Positions 9,678 through 19,155 of a stretch of DNA of 64,000 nucleotides are shown one piece after another. The stretch is from a virus (taxonomy: Duplodnaviria > Caudoviricetes). Each line of letters starts with the position of its first letter. Position 1 is the stretch's first letter. The stretch spans positions 1 through 64,000 of the IMG/VR virus record IMGVR_UViG_2593339203_000002; one strand, 5' to 3'. Under the pieces are notes generated by a model. The model worked only from the letters and a program-made list of their open reading frames with translations. It ran no database searches and was not told where the DNA came from. Made by a program: the position numbers and the translations under genes.

Positions 9678-10091
9678 GTGTCCAGCTCCTCACGCCCTTC
9701 GGTGCCCGTGCGGTACTTCCACGGCGGCGTCCCCGGCTTGCGCCGCGGTGACCTCCTCCTCCCGCCGGCGGTGACCGGCATCGGGCGGACGCTCACCGCG
9801 GACGTGATCGACATGGGAGGGGCCGCCCGGCGGGACCGGGTGTACGTGACCACCGCGCGGGAGGCGGCCCGTGTGTACGCCGCGCTCTTCGTGGACGGTG
9901 CGCTCTACGAGGTGGAGCCGCTGGGGGAGCTGGTGGCCGACCCGGACTGTGCGGTGGCCGGCGTCTCGTGGGAGTGCCTGGGGGCCCGGGTGCTGCATGT
10001 GGTGGACCCGGTGGTCCTGGCCCGGGCGCGGCCGTTCGAGGCGTGGCTGCGCAAGCTCGACCGCGTGACGGACGAGGCGGGGGCGGCGTGA
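9678..10091 (+). CDS. Arr-like ADP-ribosyltransferase
   Basis: YFHGG..LRRGDLL.P, VYVT, LYEVEP.GEL..DPD resemble the Arr (rifampin ADP-ribosyltransferase) family. Confidence 0.65.
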   Translation: MSSSSRPSVPVRYFHGGVPGLRRGDLLLPPAVTGIGRTLTADVIDMGGAARRDRVYVTTAREAARVYAALFVDGALYEVEPLGELVADPDCAVAGVSWECLGARVLHVVDPVVLARARPFEAWLRKLDRVTDEAGAA

Positions 10092-10130
10092 CCCGTTCGT
10101 GTACGTCTTCTAACTGCGTGACAGTGCGTC

Positions 10131-10160
10131 TTGACTTTGCAAACTCACTCAGTCAAAGTC
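10131..10160 (+). promoter_or_regulatory. Promoter/operator upstream of the replication initiator
   Basis: TTGACTTTGCAAACT, a one-mismatch copy of the repeated box at 31515, 33946 and 36194. Confidence 0.65.
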
Positions 10161-10242
10161 ATGATCGCGAAGGGGGCGCCCCGGCAAACGGCGGCCCATC
10201 CGCACCCGCACTGAACAGCACTGATGGAAGGTGGACCGCCGC

Positions 10243-11520
10243 ATGAGCCACGAAGCGGTCACGTGGGCCATGGACGACGCCCCCATGCTGCGCACGGAGA
10301 AGGGCAAGCCGGACTCCACCGCGCGGAACGTCCTCCAGGTCCTCGCCGAGCACGCCAACAAGCGGGGCCACAACGCCCGCCCCTCCGTCCCCAAGATCCG
10401 GTACCGCACCGGCTACGAGCGCCGCACGGTCCAGCGGGCGCTTCGCCGCCTGGAGGACGCCGGGCTCATCAAGGCCACCGGCGTGCACAACGACGTCACG
10501 ATCTACGCCCTGGCCCTCCACGTGAAGCGTCCGGCCACGGACTGGACGGAGCTCCTGGAGGAGGAGGAGCAGGACAAGGCGGCGGCGAAGGAACGGCAGC
10601 GAAAGGCCCGCGCGAAGCGTGCCGCCGCCACGGCCGTCACGCACTCGGACGCCGTGACCGTCACGGACTCCGACGACGTGACGGAGGGCGGTGTCACGGA
10701 CTCTGACGACGCACGTCACGCAGTCGAAGAGCGTGACGTCACGCACTCAGAGTCCGGATGTCACGCACTCAAAGCCGCCCTAACCGTCAGTGAACCGTCC
10801 TCTCAACCGTCCGGAACCTCTGGTGACGGCCGTAGGCCTACTACCGGTAGTGGGGGCGACCTCGAGGGCGGCTCCGCCGCGGTACCAACAGCACAGGCGG
10901 CGGCGGACGAGGACGAGGAGATCCGGGCGGCGGCCACGGGCGTGGTCATCGGGCTCCTCCCGAGCCACCTCCGCGACCAGCTCCCCAACCCGGTGCCGCG
11001 CGCCGTCCAGGACGCCATCCGCAAGGAGCTCTCCCGGGGCCTGACGCCGGACCAACTCGTGGAGCGCGCCGCCCGCCGCTGGTGGAACCACGGCTATGAG
11101 GCGGACGCCGAGACCGGCGGCCCGGGCATCCTCCGCCCGGTGGGCGTGGCCGTGGCCCTGGTACGCCGCGGGAACTGCCCCTCCAGCCGGTGTGACGACG
11201 GCCGGGACCTGGACACCGGGAACCGCTGCCGGAGCTGTGAGCGGGAGGCCGAGGACCGCAAGCAGCGCCGGGAAGCAGCTCAGAAGCCTGTCCAGGCGAC
11301 GTTCCTCGTCCCGGTGCCCACCGCCCCCGCCGAGGACGCGCCGCAGCCTCAGACGGCCGCTCCGCGATCTTCGGAGCGTCTGGAGATCCGGGACTGCGAC
11401 GGCCCCACCTGCGAGCGGGTGTTCCGCACCGTGCCCGCCCCCGCCCCCGCCGGGCTCTGTTTCCACTGCCGCCAGGACGCCGAGACCACCACGGACAACC
11501 GCCAGGCGGTGACCGCGTGA
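10243..11520 (+). CDS. Replication initiator (N-terminal winged HTH, lambda-O-like layout, C-terminal Cys motifs)
   Basis: MSHEAVTWA...VLQVLAEHAN...RRTVQRALRRLEDAGLI; internal iterons. Confidence 0.75.
   Translation: MSHEAVTWAMDDAPMLRTEKGKPDSTARNVLQVLAEHANKRGHNARPSVPKIRYRTGYERRTVQRALRRLEDAGLIKATGVHNDVTIYALALHVKRPATDWTELLEEEEQDKAAAKERQRKARAKRAAATAVTHSDAVTVTDSDDVTEGGVTDSDDARHAVEERDVTHSESGCHALKAALTVSEPSSQPSGTSGDGRRPTTGSGGDLEGGSAAVPTAQAAADEDEEIRAAATGVVIGLLPSHLRDQLPNPVPRAVQDAIRKELSRGLTPDQLVERAARRWWNHGYEADAETGGPGILRPVGVAVALVRRGNCPSSRCDDGRDLDTGNRCRSCEREAEDRKQRREAAQKPVQATFLVPVPTAPAEDAPQPQTAAPRSSERLEIRDCDGPTCERVFRTVPAPAPAGLCFHCRQDAETTTDNRQAVTA
10636..10770 (+). repeat. Six 11-bp iterons GTCACG(C/G)A(C/G)TC; probable origin of replication
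   Basis: Copies start at 10636, 10660, 10693, 10715, 10738 and 10760. Confidence 0.75.
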
Positions 11521-11948
11521 ACCTCACCGTGCTCCAGGACCTCCGCGCCGCGCTCGCCGAGCTCCACGCCTACGAGGCCCGGCTCACCGCCCGGGACGCC
11601 ACCCCGCAACTCCTCCGCGAGCTGGACCAGGGCCTCACCCTGGCCCGGCGCCTGGTGGCCGCCGTCGGCAACCTCCCCGTGACCGGATGCCGGGCTCACC
11701 CGGACGGCCCGGTGGACCACGAGGCCGGCGGATGCCTCCTGTGCAACACCCGCCGCCGCGCCACCACGGCCCTCCCCCCGGCGGACATCGCCGTGGAGAC
11801 CGTCCTCGCCGCCATCGAGGAGCACGGCCACGAGGCCGCCGTCCACCGCTACGGCCCCCGCCCCGTCACCCGCGCCCTCGCGGCCGCCGGCCGACACACC
11901 ACCAGCAACCTCCCGCCCGAGTACCGCCAGGAGGCCACCGGTGACTGA
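11517..11948 (+). CDS. Hypothetical protein (CxxH...CxxC)
   Basis: GTGA coupling. Confidence 0.55.
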   Translation: MNLTVLQDLRAALAELHAYEARLTARDATPQLLRELDQGLTLARRLVAAVGNLPVTGCRAHPDGPVDHEAGGCLLCNTRRRATTALPPADIAVETVLAAIEEHGHEAAVHRYGPRPVTRALAAAGRHTTSNLPPEYRQEATGD

Positions 11949-12162
11949 CCACCCGCCCGCCCCGCTCGACCACGGCCGCGTGGCCGAGATCCGGGACCTC
12001 CTCGCCCGCCTGGTCACCGGCCCCGCCGACGACACCGAGACCCGGGAGCTCCTGGCCGAGTGCCGTACGGCCCTGGCCGAGCTCCTCACCGACCGGGACG
12101 ACCTGGTCCGCGCCAACCACGAGGCCGGCGAAGCGCTGGCCGCGTGGACCGGCTCCGTCTGA
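11941..12162 (+). CDS. Hypothetical protein
   Basis: GGAGG RBS; coupled to upstream gene. Confidence 0.5.
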   Translation: MTDHPPAPLDHGRVAEIRDLLARLVTGPADDTETRELLAECRTALAELLTDRDDLVRANHEAGEALAAWTGSV

Positions 12163-12188
12163 CCGCACCTCACGAAAGGGAACCCCTC

Positions 12189-13286
12189 ATGAAACCGACC
12201 CTCCTGGACGCCGCCGAGGCCGCCGGCCGCGCCGCCGAGGCGCACGCCGCCGCCTGCGGAACATGCAGCGCCGGTGACCGTCTCGCCGAGCTCTGCCCGG
12301 ACGGCCAGCGCATCGTCTCCGAGGCCGCCCACCAGGCCGCCCCCAACGTCGTGGACCCGCCGTGCCCCCACACCTCGTGGGAGGTCACCAGCGAGTACCC
12401 GGCCCGGGACGGCTCCGGGTGGGTGAAGTCCCGCCGGTGCGCCGACTGCGGAGACTCGCTGGACCCGGTGACGGAGCCGGAGCCGCACTGGCCCGCCGCC
12501 GCGGCGCCCGCCGAGGTCGTCCACGCGTGCCCGCCCGTCGGCTCCGGCTTCACCCCGTGCTGTGGGCGCACGCCTTTCGAGCTGCCGCGCACGGACCGGA
12601 TCACCGTCGACGAGCCCACGACGTGCCCCGCTGGCAAAGCACCGGCGGAGGAGACCGCCGTCCCGGCCGCGCCCGGCCCGGCCCGGCTGGCCGCGCTCAT
12701 GCGCTCCCGGCAGCACTGGCGGGACGGCCGCGTGGTCTCGGAGGCCACGATCAGTCAGGCCGAGATCCGGGACGCCCTCGGCTGGACGGAGCCGACCGAC
12801 GCCCCCGCCGTCCAGTGGGACCGCGCCCGCCAGGCGAAGGTCCGTCAACTCGTCCGCGTCATCACCGCCGGCCGCACGGCCTTCCCGGACCTCACGGACG
12901 AGTGGCTGGTCCGCAAGTCCCGCGAGGTCCTGCCGGAGCTCCTGGACGTCGTGGACGGCCTGGCCGCCCGCGTGGAGGAGCTGGAGGCCACCGGGTGCCG
13001 CTGCTACGACCCCACCAGCCACGCCGCCGGGTGCGTCAAGGCCGCCGTTCGCTGGCAGGGCCGCACCTACCCAGCCGCCGTCTGGTACCGCGACGGAGAG
13101 GGCGAGTGGTGGGCACCGGTGAGCACCGACACCCGCGGCTGCCTGGTCCTCCTCCTCGATGGCGACCACTCCAACGAGCCCGTCCCGCTGGACCGCGTCC
13201 AACACGAGTACGGCGTGTCCTCCACGTCGTACGGCGCGCACGTCCAGCGCGGAGACCTCCCCGACGCGGCCGGCGGCCAGCCGTGA
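12189..13286 (+). CDS. Mosaic Cys-rich phage protein
   Basis: GAAAGGGA RBS; several Cys clusters. Confidence 0.6.
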   Translation: MKPTLLDAAEAAGRAAEAHAAACGTCSAGDRLAELCPDGQRIVSEAAHQAAPNVVDPPCPHTSWEVTSEYPARDGSGWVKSRRCADCGDSLDPVTEPEPHWPAAAAPAEVVHACPPVGSGFTPCCGRTPFELPRTDRITVDEPTTCPAGKAPAEETAVPAAPGPARLAALMRSRQHWRDGRVVSEATISQAEIRDALGWTEPTDAPAVQWDRARQAKVRQLVRVITAGRTAFPDLTDEWLVRKSREVLPELLDVVDGLAARVEELEATGCRCYDPTSHAAGCVKAAVRWQGRTYPAAVWYRDGEGEWWAPVSTDTRGCLVLLLDGDHSNEPVPLDRVQHEYGVSSTSYGAHVQRGDLPDAAGGQP

Positions 13287-13591
13287 CGCTCCTGGGGGAC
13301 ATCCTCATCGGCGTCGCCGGCGCGCTCGCCGCCCTCGACCTGGTCCTGTTCTTCACCGGCCGGAACTCCTACCAGTGCTACGGAATCGGCGCGCTCGCGT
13401 GCGGGCTCGCCGTGATCGCCGCGGTGCTCCTCGACCTCCCCGGCCACTGGACGGCACTCAACAGCGCGGCCTGCGCGTGGGCCACCTGGCACTGGTGGAA
13501 CGGCGGCGGTGGCAACAACACCCGCCGCAGACTCCGCCGCCTGGCCGCCCGCTTCACCGGCGTACGCCGCACCGCCCCAATGACCGCCTGA
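13283..13591 (+). CDS. Small multi-TM membrane protein
   Basis: GTGA coupling; three hydrophobic segments and a basic tail. Confidence 0.6.
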   Translation: MTLLGDILIGVAGALAALDLVLFFTGRNSYQCYGIGALACGLAVIAAVLLDLPGHWTALNSAACAWATWHWWNGGGGNNTRRRLRRLAARFTGVRRTAPMTA

Positions 13592-13669
13592 CTCCGCACC
13601 ACAACAGCCGCCCCCGCGGGTATCGGGGGCGGCCTCCACCCACCCAAGCACAGGAAGACACAACCCCTG

Positions 13670-14413
13670 ATGAGCACACCCACCAGCAACTCCCCGGCCG
13701 CTCCCGTCCCCGTCACGATCGCGGAGAACGTGGTCCGCGCCTCCGCCTGCCAGGAGGCCGCCGGCCGCATCGCCAACCTCCCGCAGGACTACGAGCTGGA
13801 CCCCGGCCGCGGTGACGCCGTCCAGCTCCTCAACCGCATGGCCGCCGACGCCCACCAGCCCGGCACCTACCCGCCCGCCCTCCCGTGGGCCCGCCTCCTG
13901 GACGCCGAGGACCTGGCCGAGTTCTTCCGGAACCTCGACGCCGCCATGAGGGGCGCCGCGCGGGACGCCCACCTGGCCGCGAAGCCGCAGTCTCCGGCCG
14001 TCCTGGAGGCCTTCGAGAAGACGTGCGCCTCCTGGCGCGCGACCGCCGAGGCACAGCACGCCCACAACTACGCGCCCGGCCCGGGCACAGACGAGGACCG
14101 CACCGTCGCCTACAGCGCGCCCGGTACCGGCTACCTCTACTGCCTCGGCTGCTGCCACGGCGGCGGCCTCTTCGCCGCGCTCACCTCCGACGACCTCCCC
14201 GAAGGAGGCCTATGTGACGGCTGCGGCGGAGACGTCCTGATCCCGCAGACCCCGGCCGACACACCGGCTCACACGCCCGTGCACTACTACCCGAAGGACG
14301 CGGAGCCCGGCGTGAACACCCCCGCCGAAGTCTGTGCCGCCTGCTCCGACTTCAATGCCGGCCGCCTGGTCCCGGCCTCCTTCTGCTCCATGGCCGCCTC
14401 CCGCATGCCCTGA
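13670..14413 (+). CDS. Hypothetical protein with zinc-finger-like motifs
   Basis: CLGC...CDGC...CAAC. Confidence 0.55.
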   Translation: MSTPTSNSPAAPVPVTIAENVVRASACQEAAGRIANLPQDYELDPGRGDAVQLLNRMAADAHQPGTYPPALPWARLLDAEDLAEFFRNLDAAMRGAARDAHLAAKPQSPAVLEAFEKTCASWRATAEAQHAHNYAPGPGTDEDRTVAYSAPGTGYLYCLGCCHGGGLFAALTSDDLPEGGLCDGCGGDVLIPQTPADTPAHTPVHYYPKDAEPGVNTPAEVCAACSDFNAGRLVPASFCSMAASRMP

Positions 14414-14472
14414 CCTGACCGCCCGGCCGCCCCGCCCACCGCGGGGCGGCCCCCTCGGAGAGGACTCACCTC

Positions 14473-14718
14473 ATGAGCGCCCGTACCTGGCGCCCGGACG
14501 GCCCGGGTTCCTTCCAGGCCCCGGCCGGCGTCCGCGCCGTCCGCGACAACCGCGGCCGACTCTGGACCCGCAACACCACCCGCTGGACCTGCAACGGCTC
14601 CCACTGGATCCGGTGGCGCGTCCTCGTGGCCGACCACGGCCCCGTCACCGAGGCCCCCGTCCACCCCGCGCAGCGGGCCACCTCGAGCACCCTCCCCACC
14701 AGCGGGAGGCCCCGGTGA
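14473..14718 (+). CDS. Small Trp-rich hypothetical protein
   Basis: GAGAGGA RBS. Confidence 0.55.
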   Translation: MSARTWRPDGPGSFQAPAGVRAVRDNRGRLWTRNTTRWTCNGSHWIRWRVLVADHGPVTEAPVHPAQRATSSTLPTSGRPR

Positions 14719-14936
14719 GCGCCCGCATCACGCTGCACTGCAACACCCTCTGGCGAGACGGCTCGTGCACGAGCCAGGTCATGACGGACGCCCGGACCGT
14801 GGAGGAGGCCCGCACGGCCGCCGGCCGCCGCGGGTGGCGCTCCCACCCGGACGGCACGGACTACTGCCCGCCCTGCTCCGGCGGCGGCCCGGCCCGCCCC
14901 GTCACCGTCCTCCACCTCCACGGAGGCACACCGTGA
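14715..14936 (+). CDS. Small zinc-finger-like protein
   Basis: GGAGG RBS, GTGA coupling; C...C...GW...DYCPPC. Confidence 0.6.
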   Translation: MSARITLHCNTLWRDGSCTSQVMTDARTVEEARTAAGRRGWRSHPDGTDYCPPCSGGGPARPVTVLHLHGGTP

Positions 14937-15337
14937 CACACCCGGTCTCCCCGCCCGTCATGGACCCCGGACACGGGCAGTGGGTACACGACCACGTCCT
15001 CCCCACCCGGGTCCTGGCCCGCGCCGGGGAGGCCCGCACCCTCGGGGACCTCTTCCTCACCCGCTGCGCCTGCCAGTACGGGCCGTCCGGCCGCTGCCAC
15101 GCCGGCCAGCACGACCGCTGCGCGCACCGCTCCCAACCCGACTTCTACGACGCCGGGTTCCCGGAGTCCTACCTCCTGAGCCGACGCACGGACGGCGGCC
15201 ACGCCCCCGTCCTCGCCGAGGTCTGGCCCGCCGGCCACGCGTGCCGGTGGCGCTGCTCCTGCCCCTGCCACAACCCCGACCCGGAGGCCGCGCAGGACCG
15301 CGGGCTCCTCTTCGACATCCACGGAGCCACCGCATGA
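14933..15337 (+). CDS. Cys/His-rich hypothetical protein
   Basis: CACQ..C..GQHDRC...CRWRCSCPCH; coupled start. Confidence 0.6.
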   Translation: MTHPVSPPVMDPGHGQWVHDHVLPTRVLARAGEARTLGDLFLTRCACQYGPSGRCHAGQHDRCAHRSQPDFYDAGFPESYLLSRRTDGGHAPVLAEVWPAGHACRWRCSCPCHNPDPEAAQDRGLLFDIHGATA

Positions 15338-15804
15338 ACCAGCCCACCCCCGCCGACTTCCACCGGATCACAGGGGAAGCCCTCTCCCACGGCATCGCCG
15401 GTGACCGGATGCGCGGCGTGGCCCTCCTCCAGCCCCTCGTGGACGCCGGCCCCCTCTCCACGTTCGCCCTCCTCGGCGGACTGGCCGAAGTCGCCGCCCA
15501 CACCGCGCTGCAGAACCAGCTCCCGGGCGAGACGTTCGGCCTCCCCGTGAACAACGTCCTCACCGGAGAGCCCGCCTCCGCGGACGTCCTCCCGCCACCT
15601 CTCCGGTTCGCCGCGCAGTTCGTCACGACGTGGGCCAACCGGGACCGGGACACCGCCCGCGCCCTCTTCGAGACCTTCGCCTTCGAGAGCGACCGCACCG
15701 GCTCCCCGGACCTCGCAGAGGCCATCGGCCTGGTCTACGACATGGCCGTCACCACCGGCGCCGAAGTCGTCCGCCAGGCCCGCCAGGAACGGAGGAAGGC
15801 GTGA
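15334..15804 (+). CDS. Hypothetical protein
   Basis: ATGA coupling, GGAG RBS. Confidence 0.6.
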   Translation: MNQPTPADFHRITGEALSHGIAGDRMRGVALLQPLVDAGPLSTFALLGGLAEVAAHTALQNQLPGETFGLPVNNVLTGEPASADVLPPPLRFAAQFVTTWANRDRDTARALFETFAFESDRTGSPDLAEAIGLVYDMAVTTGAEVVRQARQERRKA

Positions 15805-16988
15805 GGCCGTCCGGATGCGCGACCACGCTCCTGGCCGCCGCGTACCTCTCCGCCGGCGCGTTCCTTGCCCACGCCGCCACGGTGACCGTCAACAACGGAG
15901 GCTCCACCCGCTACGCCGTGACCCTCTACGCCTCGGCCGGCCTCGCGGCCGCCGCCGCGGTCGGCACCGTCACCGCTACCCGCCGCCCACCGCACCCCCG
16001 CACGGCCACGGCCGCCGACGACCGGCGCGCCCTGGCGGCCACGGACCCGGACGAACTCCACCGCACCGCCGTCGTGATCTGCCCACAGGACCGCGGAGAG
16101 GACCCGTTCGCCTGGAGCGAGCCGGACAACCTCCCGCCAGTCCCCACCCGAACCACGGAGAACCCCATGACCACCAGCAACCAACCGCCCTGTGAGGTCC
16201 CGCACGAGACCCCGGAGGAAGAGGAGAGCTGCGAGCGGCGCCGCCTCACCGGAGCCGGGGACCAGGAGGAGCCGCAACTCCGCGCGTTCCACGAGCTCCG
16301 GGAGTCCGGCCTCCTCTGGCTCATCAACCACCGCCTCCTCCACCGCCGAGGCCTCGCCCTCGCCCTCCACCTCGACGCGGACGACGGAACGGCCACCGGC
16401 TGGAACCTCCTCCGCTCTCCGGACGGACAGCCCTGGACGTTCGACACCGCGACCAACGAGCACGGCCGGGAACGCGCGGAGGCCACCCTCACCGCCGCCG
16501 GCGCCCTCCCCACCCGCCAGGTCCCCGAGTTCCCGCCGTTCACCGGCGACACCGCCGAGTGCCCGAAGTGCTCCTACGACCTGGTCCGGACGACGTACTG
16601 CCACGCGCTCACCGCCATGGCCCGGGACACCCTCAACGAGCTGTGGGTGTGGGGGCCTCTCCCGGAGCGGCACCGCCGCGAGTGCGAGCGGTGCGAATAC
16701 CAGTGGTTCGAGGCCACCGGCCAGGACCCGACACTCCCCGTCCCGCTCACGGAACGGCAACTCGCCTACGCCCTGGACAACTCCACGCCCTACCCGGAAG
16801 AGCTCCACCCCCAGGTGGCCGCCGCCATGGCCGCCAGCCTCGTGAAGATGTTCACCGCGTACGCCCGGCCCGGACACGTCGTGTGGGACCCGGAGGTGGA
16901 GGAGGCCCGCCCCGAAGACGTCCGGCCGACCCCGGCCGACGACGCCCCGCCGGCGGAGGTCTCCGCGGACGAGGCGGCCGGCGCATGA
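15801..16988 (+). CDS. Mosaic protein (TM N-terminus, zinc ribbon); possible alternative start at 16167
   Basis: GTGA coupling; CPKC...CERC; internal GGAG+ATG. Confidence 0.55.
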   Translation: MRPSGCATTLLAAAYLSAGAFLAHAATVTVNNGGSTRYAVTLYASAGLAAAAAVGTVTATRRPPHPRTATAADDRRALAATDPDELHRTAVVICPQDRGEDPFAWSEPDNLPPVPTRTTENPMTTSNQPPCEVPHETPEEEESCERRRLTGAGDQEEPQLRAFHELRESGLLWLINHRLLHRRGLALALHLDADDGTATGWNLLRSPDGQPWTFDTATNEHGRERAEATLTAAGALPTRQVPEFPPFTGDTAECPKCSYDLVRTTYCHALTAMARDTLNELWVWGPLPERHRRECERCEYQWFEATGQDPTLPVPLTERQLAYALDNSTPYPEELHPQVAAAMAASLVKMFTAYARPGHVVWDPEVEEARPEDVRPTPADDAPPAEVSADEAAGA

Positions 16989-17380
16989 GCCGCCGACGTA
17001 CATACACGCGCCGCTGCTCCGGCCCCGGCTACTGCCCGGAGACGAGCACGATCGAGTACACCGCCCGCCGGGAGCTGGAGCACGTCCCGAAGGACTGGAA
17101 GTGCCCGCGCCACGCCGCCCCGGACGAGTGGATGACCACCAGCAACACCGAGACGACCACCGTCCTGGAGCTCCAACCCCGCTACCTCGACCGGCCCCTT
17201 CCCGGCCAGGAGCCGCGTCTCCTCGGCTACTTCTGGGGCCCGCCCGGCGGCCGGGCCAGCCACGGGTCCGTCTCCGGCCCCGGCTTCCGCGCCCTCGGGG
17301 ACAACTTCCCGCCCGGTACCCGCCTCACCGTCACCGCCACGATCACCCTGCCCGACCCCCCGGAAGAGACCGGCACATGA
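16985..17380 (+). CDS. Hypothetical protein (C..C..CxxH)
   Basis: ATGA coupling. Confidence 0.55.
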   Translation: MSRRRTYTRRCSGPGYCPETSTIEYTARRELEHVPKDWKCPRHAAPDEWMTTSNTETTTVLELQPRYLDRPLPGQEPRLLGYFWGPPGGRASHGSVSGPGFRALGDNFPPGTRLTVTATITLPDPPEETGT

Positions 17381-17521
17381 CGTACCGGCTCCGCCTCCAC
17401 CGGCGCGTTGACCGCCTGGCCGTCTGGCTCATCGACCACGGCCAGCACCGCGCCGCGCTCACGCTCTGGCGCACCTTCCGCATGGTCTGACCCCTCCTCA
17501 CCGAAGGACCCCAACCCACCC

Positions 17522-18382
17522 ATGACCCTCACCCGCGCGGACCTCCCCAGCCACCTCGGCCGGTGGGTCACCGTCGCCAACCCGAACCCCCACCTGGCCA
17601 CCGCCGCCACCTGGTACGGCCGCCTCGTCGCCCTGTCCGACGACCCCACCGTCATCATCCAGGCCCCCGGCGGCGGACAGGGCGTGTTCCCGCAGGCCTT
17701 CACCATCACCCCGGCCGACCCCCCGGAGCCCGGCTCCGTCTCTCCCCGCCGGCAGGCCGCCTACGAGGCCGTATACGCCCTCATCCGCCAACTCGGCGCC
17801 TACCTCCCCCCGGACCCCGCCCACCGCAACGCGGTGATGTGGCGCGCGGTCACCGCCGCCCTGGACGCCGCGAACATCCCGGCCCCGGCCGACCCCTACG
17901 ACCCCACCCCGGCCTCCAACTACCCGCCCGGTGCCACTCCGGGAAATGACCGAGACACCGTGACCTCCACGGAACTGGGCCGAGCCCTGGAGGAGTCCCA
18001 CCACGGATGGGCCCTCGACCTTTCCCCCGAGTGCGCCGACGTTATGGCGGAGAGACTGCTGCAGCGGTACAACGTCCGCCCTCGGATCGGCCCCGGGGAC
18101 ACGGGGGACCAGACGTCCCCGGCGAGCGGGGGACACGTCCACCTCCCTGTCCCCCTGGACGAACGCGGATGCGACCTGACCAGCGGTGTCCCCGTCCGCC
18201 CCCACCCCGAGGACAACGGGGACACGGCAGGGGACACCGGCGAGGGCGGCGTCCGCTTCGCCTACACCGCGACCGTCCGCCGCGGCCAGGTCCGCCAGGC
18301 CATCACGGAGGCGTTTGACCTCCTCGGCGCCGAGCTCGACGCCGCCCCCCACCGCACGGAGGACAACAGCCATGGCGCATGA
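17522..18382 (+). CDS. Hypothetical mosaic protein with a GGGGACAC repeat cluster
   Basis: GAAGGA RBS. Confidence 0.55.
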   Translation: MTLTRADLPSHLGRWVTVANPNPHLATAATWYGRLVALSDDPTVIIQAPGGGQGVFPQAFTITPADPPEPGSVSPRRQAAYEAVYALIRQLGAYLPPDPAHRNAVMWRAVTAALDAANIPAPADPYDPTPASNYPPGATPGNDRDTVTSTELGRALEESHHGWALDLSPECADVMAERLLQRYNVRPRIGPGDTGDQTSPASGGHVHLPVPLDERGCDLTSGVPVRPHPEDNGDTAGDTGEGGVRFAYTATVRRGQVRQAITEAFDLLGAELDAAPHRTEDNSHGA

Positions 18383-18965
18383 CGACGTGATCACCCCCCT
18401 CCACCAGGTCCCGGTAACCGCCGTCCGCGTCACGTGGCTGGACCTCGCCGGCACCCCGGACCACCCGTGGGCCGTCACCTACCACTTCAGGGACCCGCTC
18501 CTCCTCAACCTCGCCCGCCGCCGCCCCGCCCCGTCGATCATCACCGTCCACAGCGGGGAGTACCTGGCCGCCCTCACCGCCCCGGAGGACCACCCAGAGC
18601 GCATGCGCGTCTGCTACGTCGCGCGGAGCCTCCGCCGCTCCTCCCCCGGCAAGTCCCTGGAGGTGTGGGCCGAGATCGAGGAGGGCCGCTGGTGGTACGC
18701 CCTCCTCCCCTGGTACCAGGGCAGGCCCACGGCGGACTGGCCCCTGGAGCCCGACCGCGGCCAGGAGCTCCACGCCGCCGGCGTCCTCCGCGACGTCGGC
18801 GCGTACACCTGGCCCCCGCTCCACCCGCTCCGCAAACCCTCCACCGTCCCGCCCGGAACCCCCATCCTCATCGCGGACACGAACGTCCCCCCACCCCCAC
18901 ACGGCTACCCGGAGCCCGCCCGGCCGCAAGGACGGCACGCCCGCCACCCCGCCCCTACCGCGTGA
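18372..18965 (+). CDS. Hypothetical protein
   Basis: GGAGGA RBS. Confidence 0.55.
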   Translation: MAHDDVITPLHQVPVTAVRVTWLDLAGTPDHPWAVTYHFRDPLLLNLARRRPAPSIITVHSGEYLAALTAPEDHPERMRVCYVARSLRRSSPGKSLEVWAEIEEGRWWYALLPWYQGRPTADWPLEPDRGQELHAAGVLRDVGAYTWPPLHPLRKPSTVPPGTPILIADTNVPPPPHGYPEPARPQGRHARHPAPTA

Positions 18966-19079
18966 CCCACGCCACACCCCGTGTGCTCCTCCGGAGCGGA
19001 CCGCACGGCCGGCCGCCGGAACGCTGGAGACCAGGCACCGGGTGATGACTCCCACGGCCGGGCTGCCCACCACAGGGCA

Positions 19080-19141
19080 ACCCGGCCGACCCGTACCCAC
19101 CAACCTGAAACCGCGGCCACCCGGCCGACCCGTACCCACCA
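19080..19141 (+). repeat. 23-bp direct repeat, two copies
   Basis: ACCCGGCCGACCCGTACCCACCA at 19080 and 19119. Confidence 0.8.
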
Positions 19142-19155
19142 GCCTGGAGACCCTG

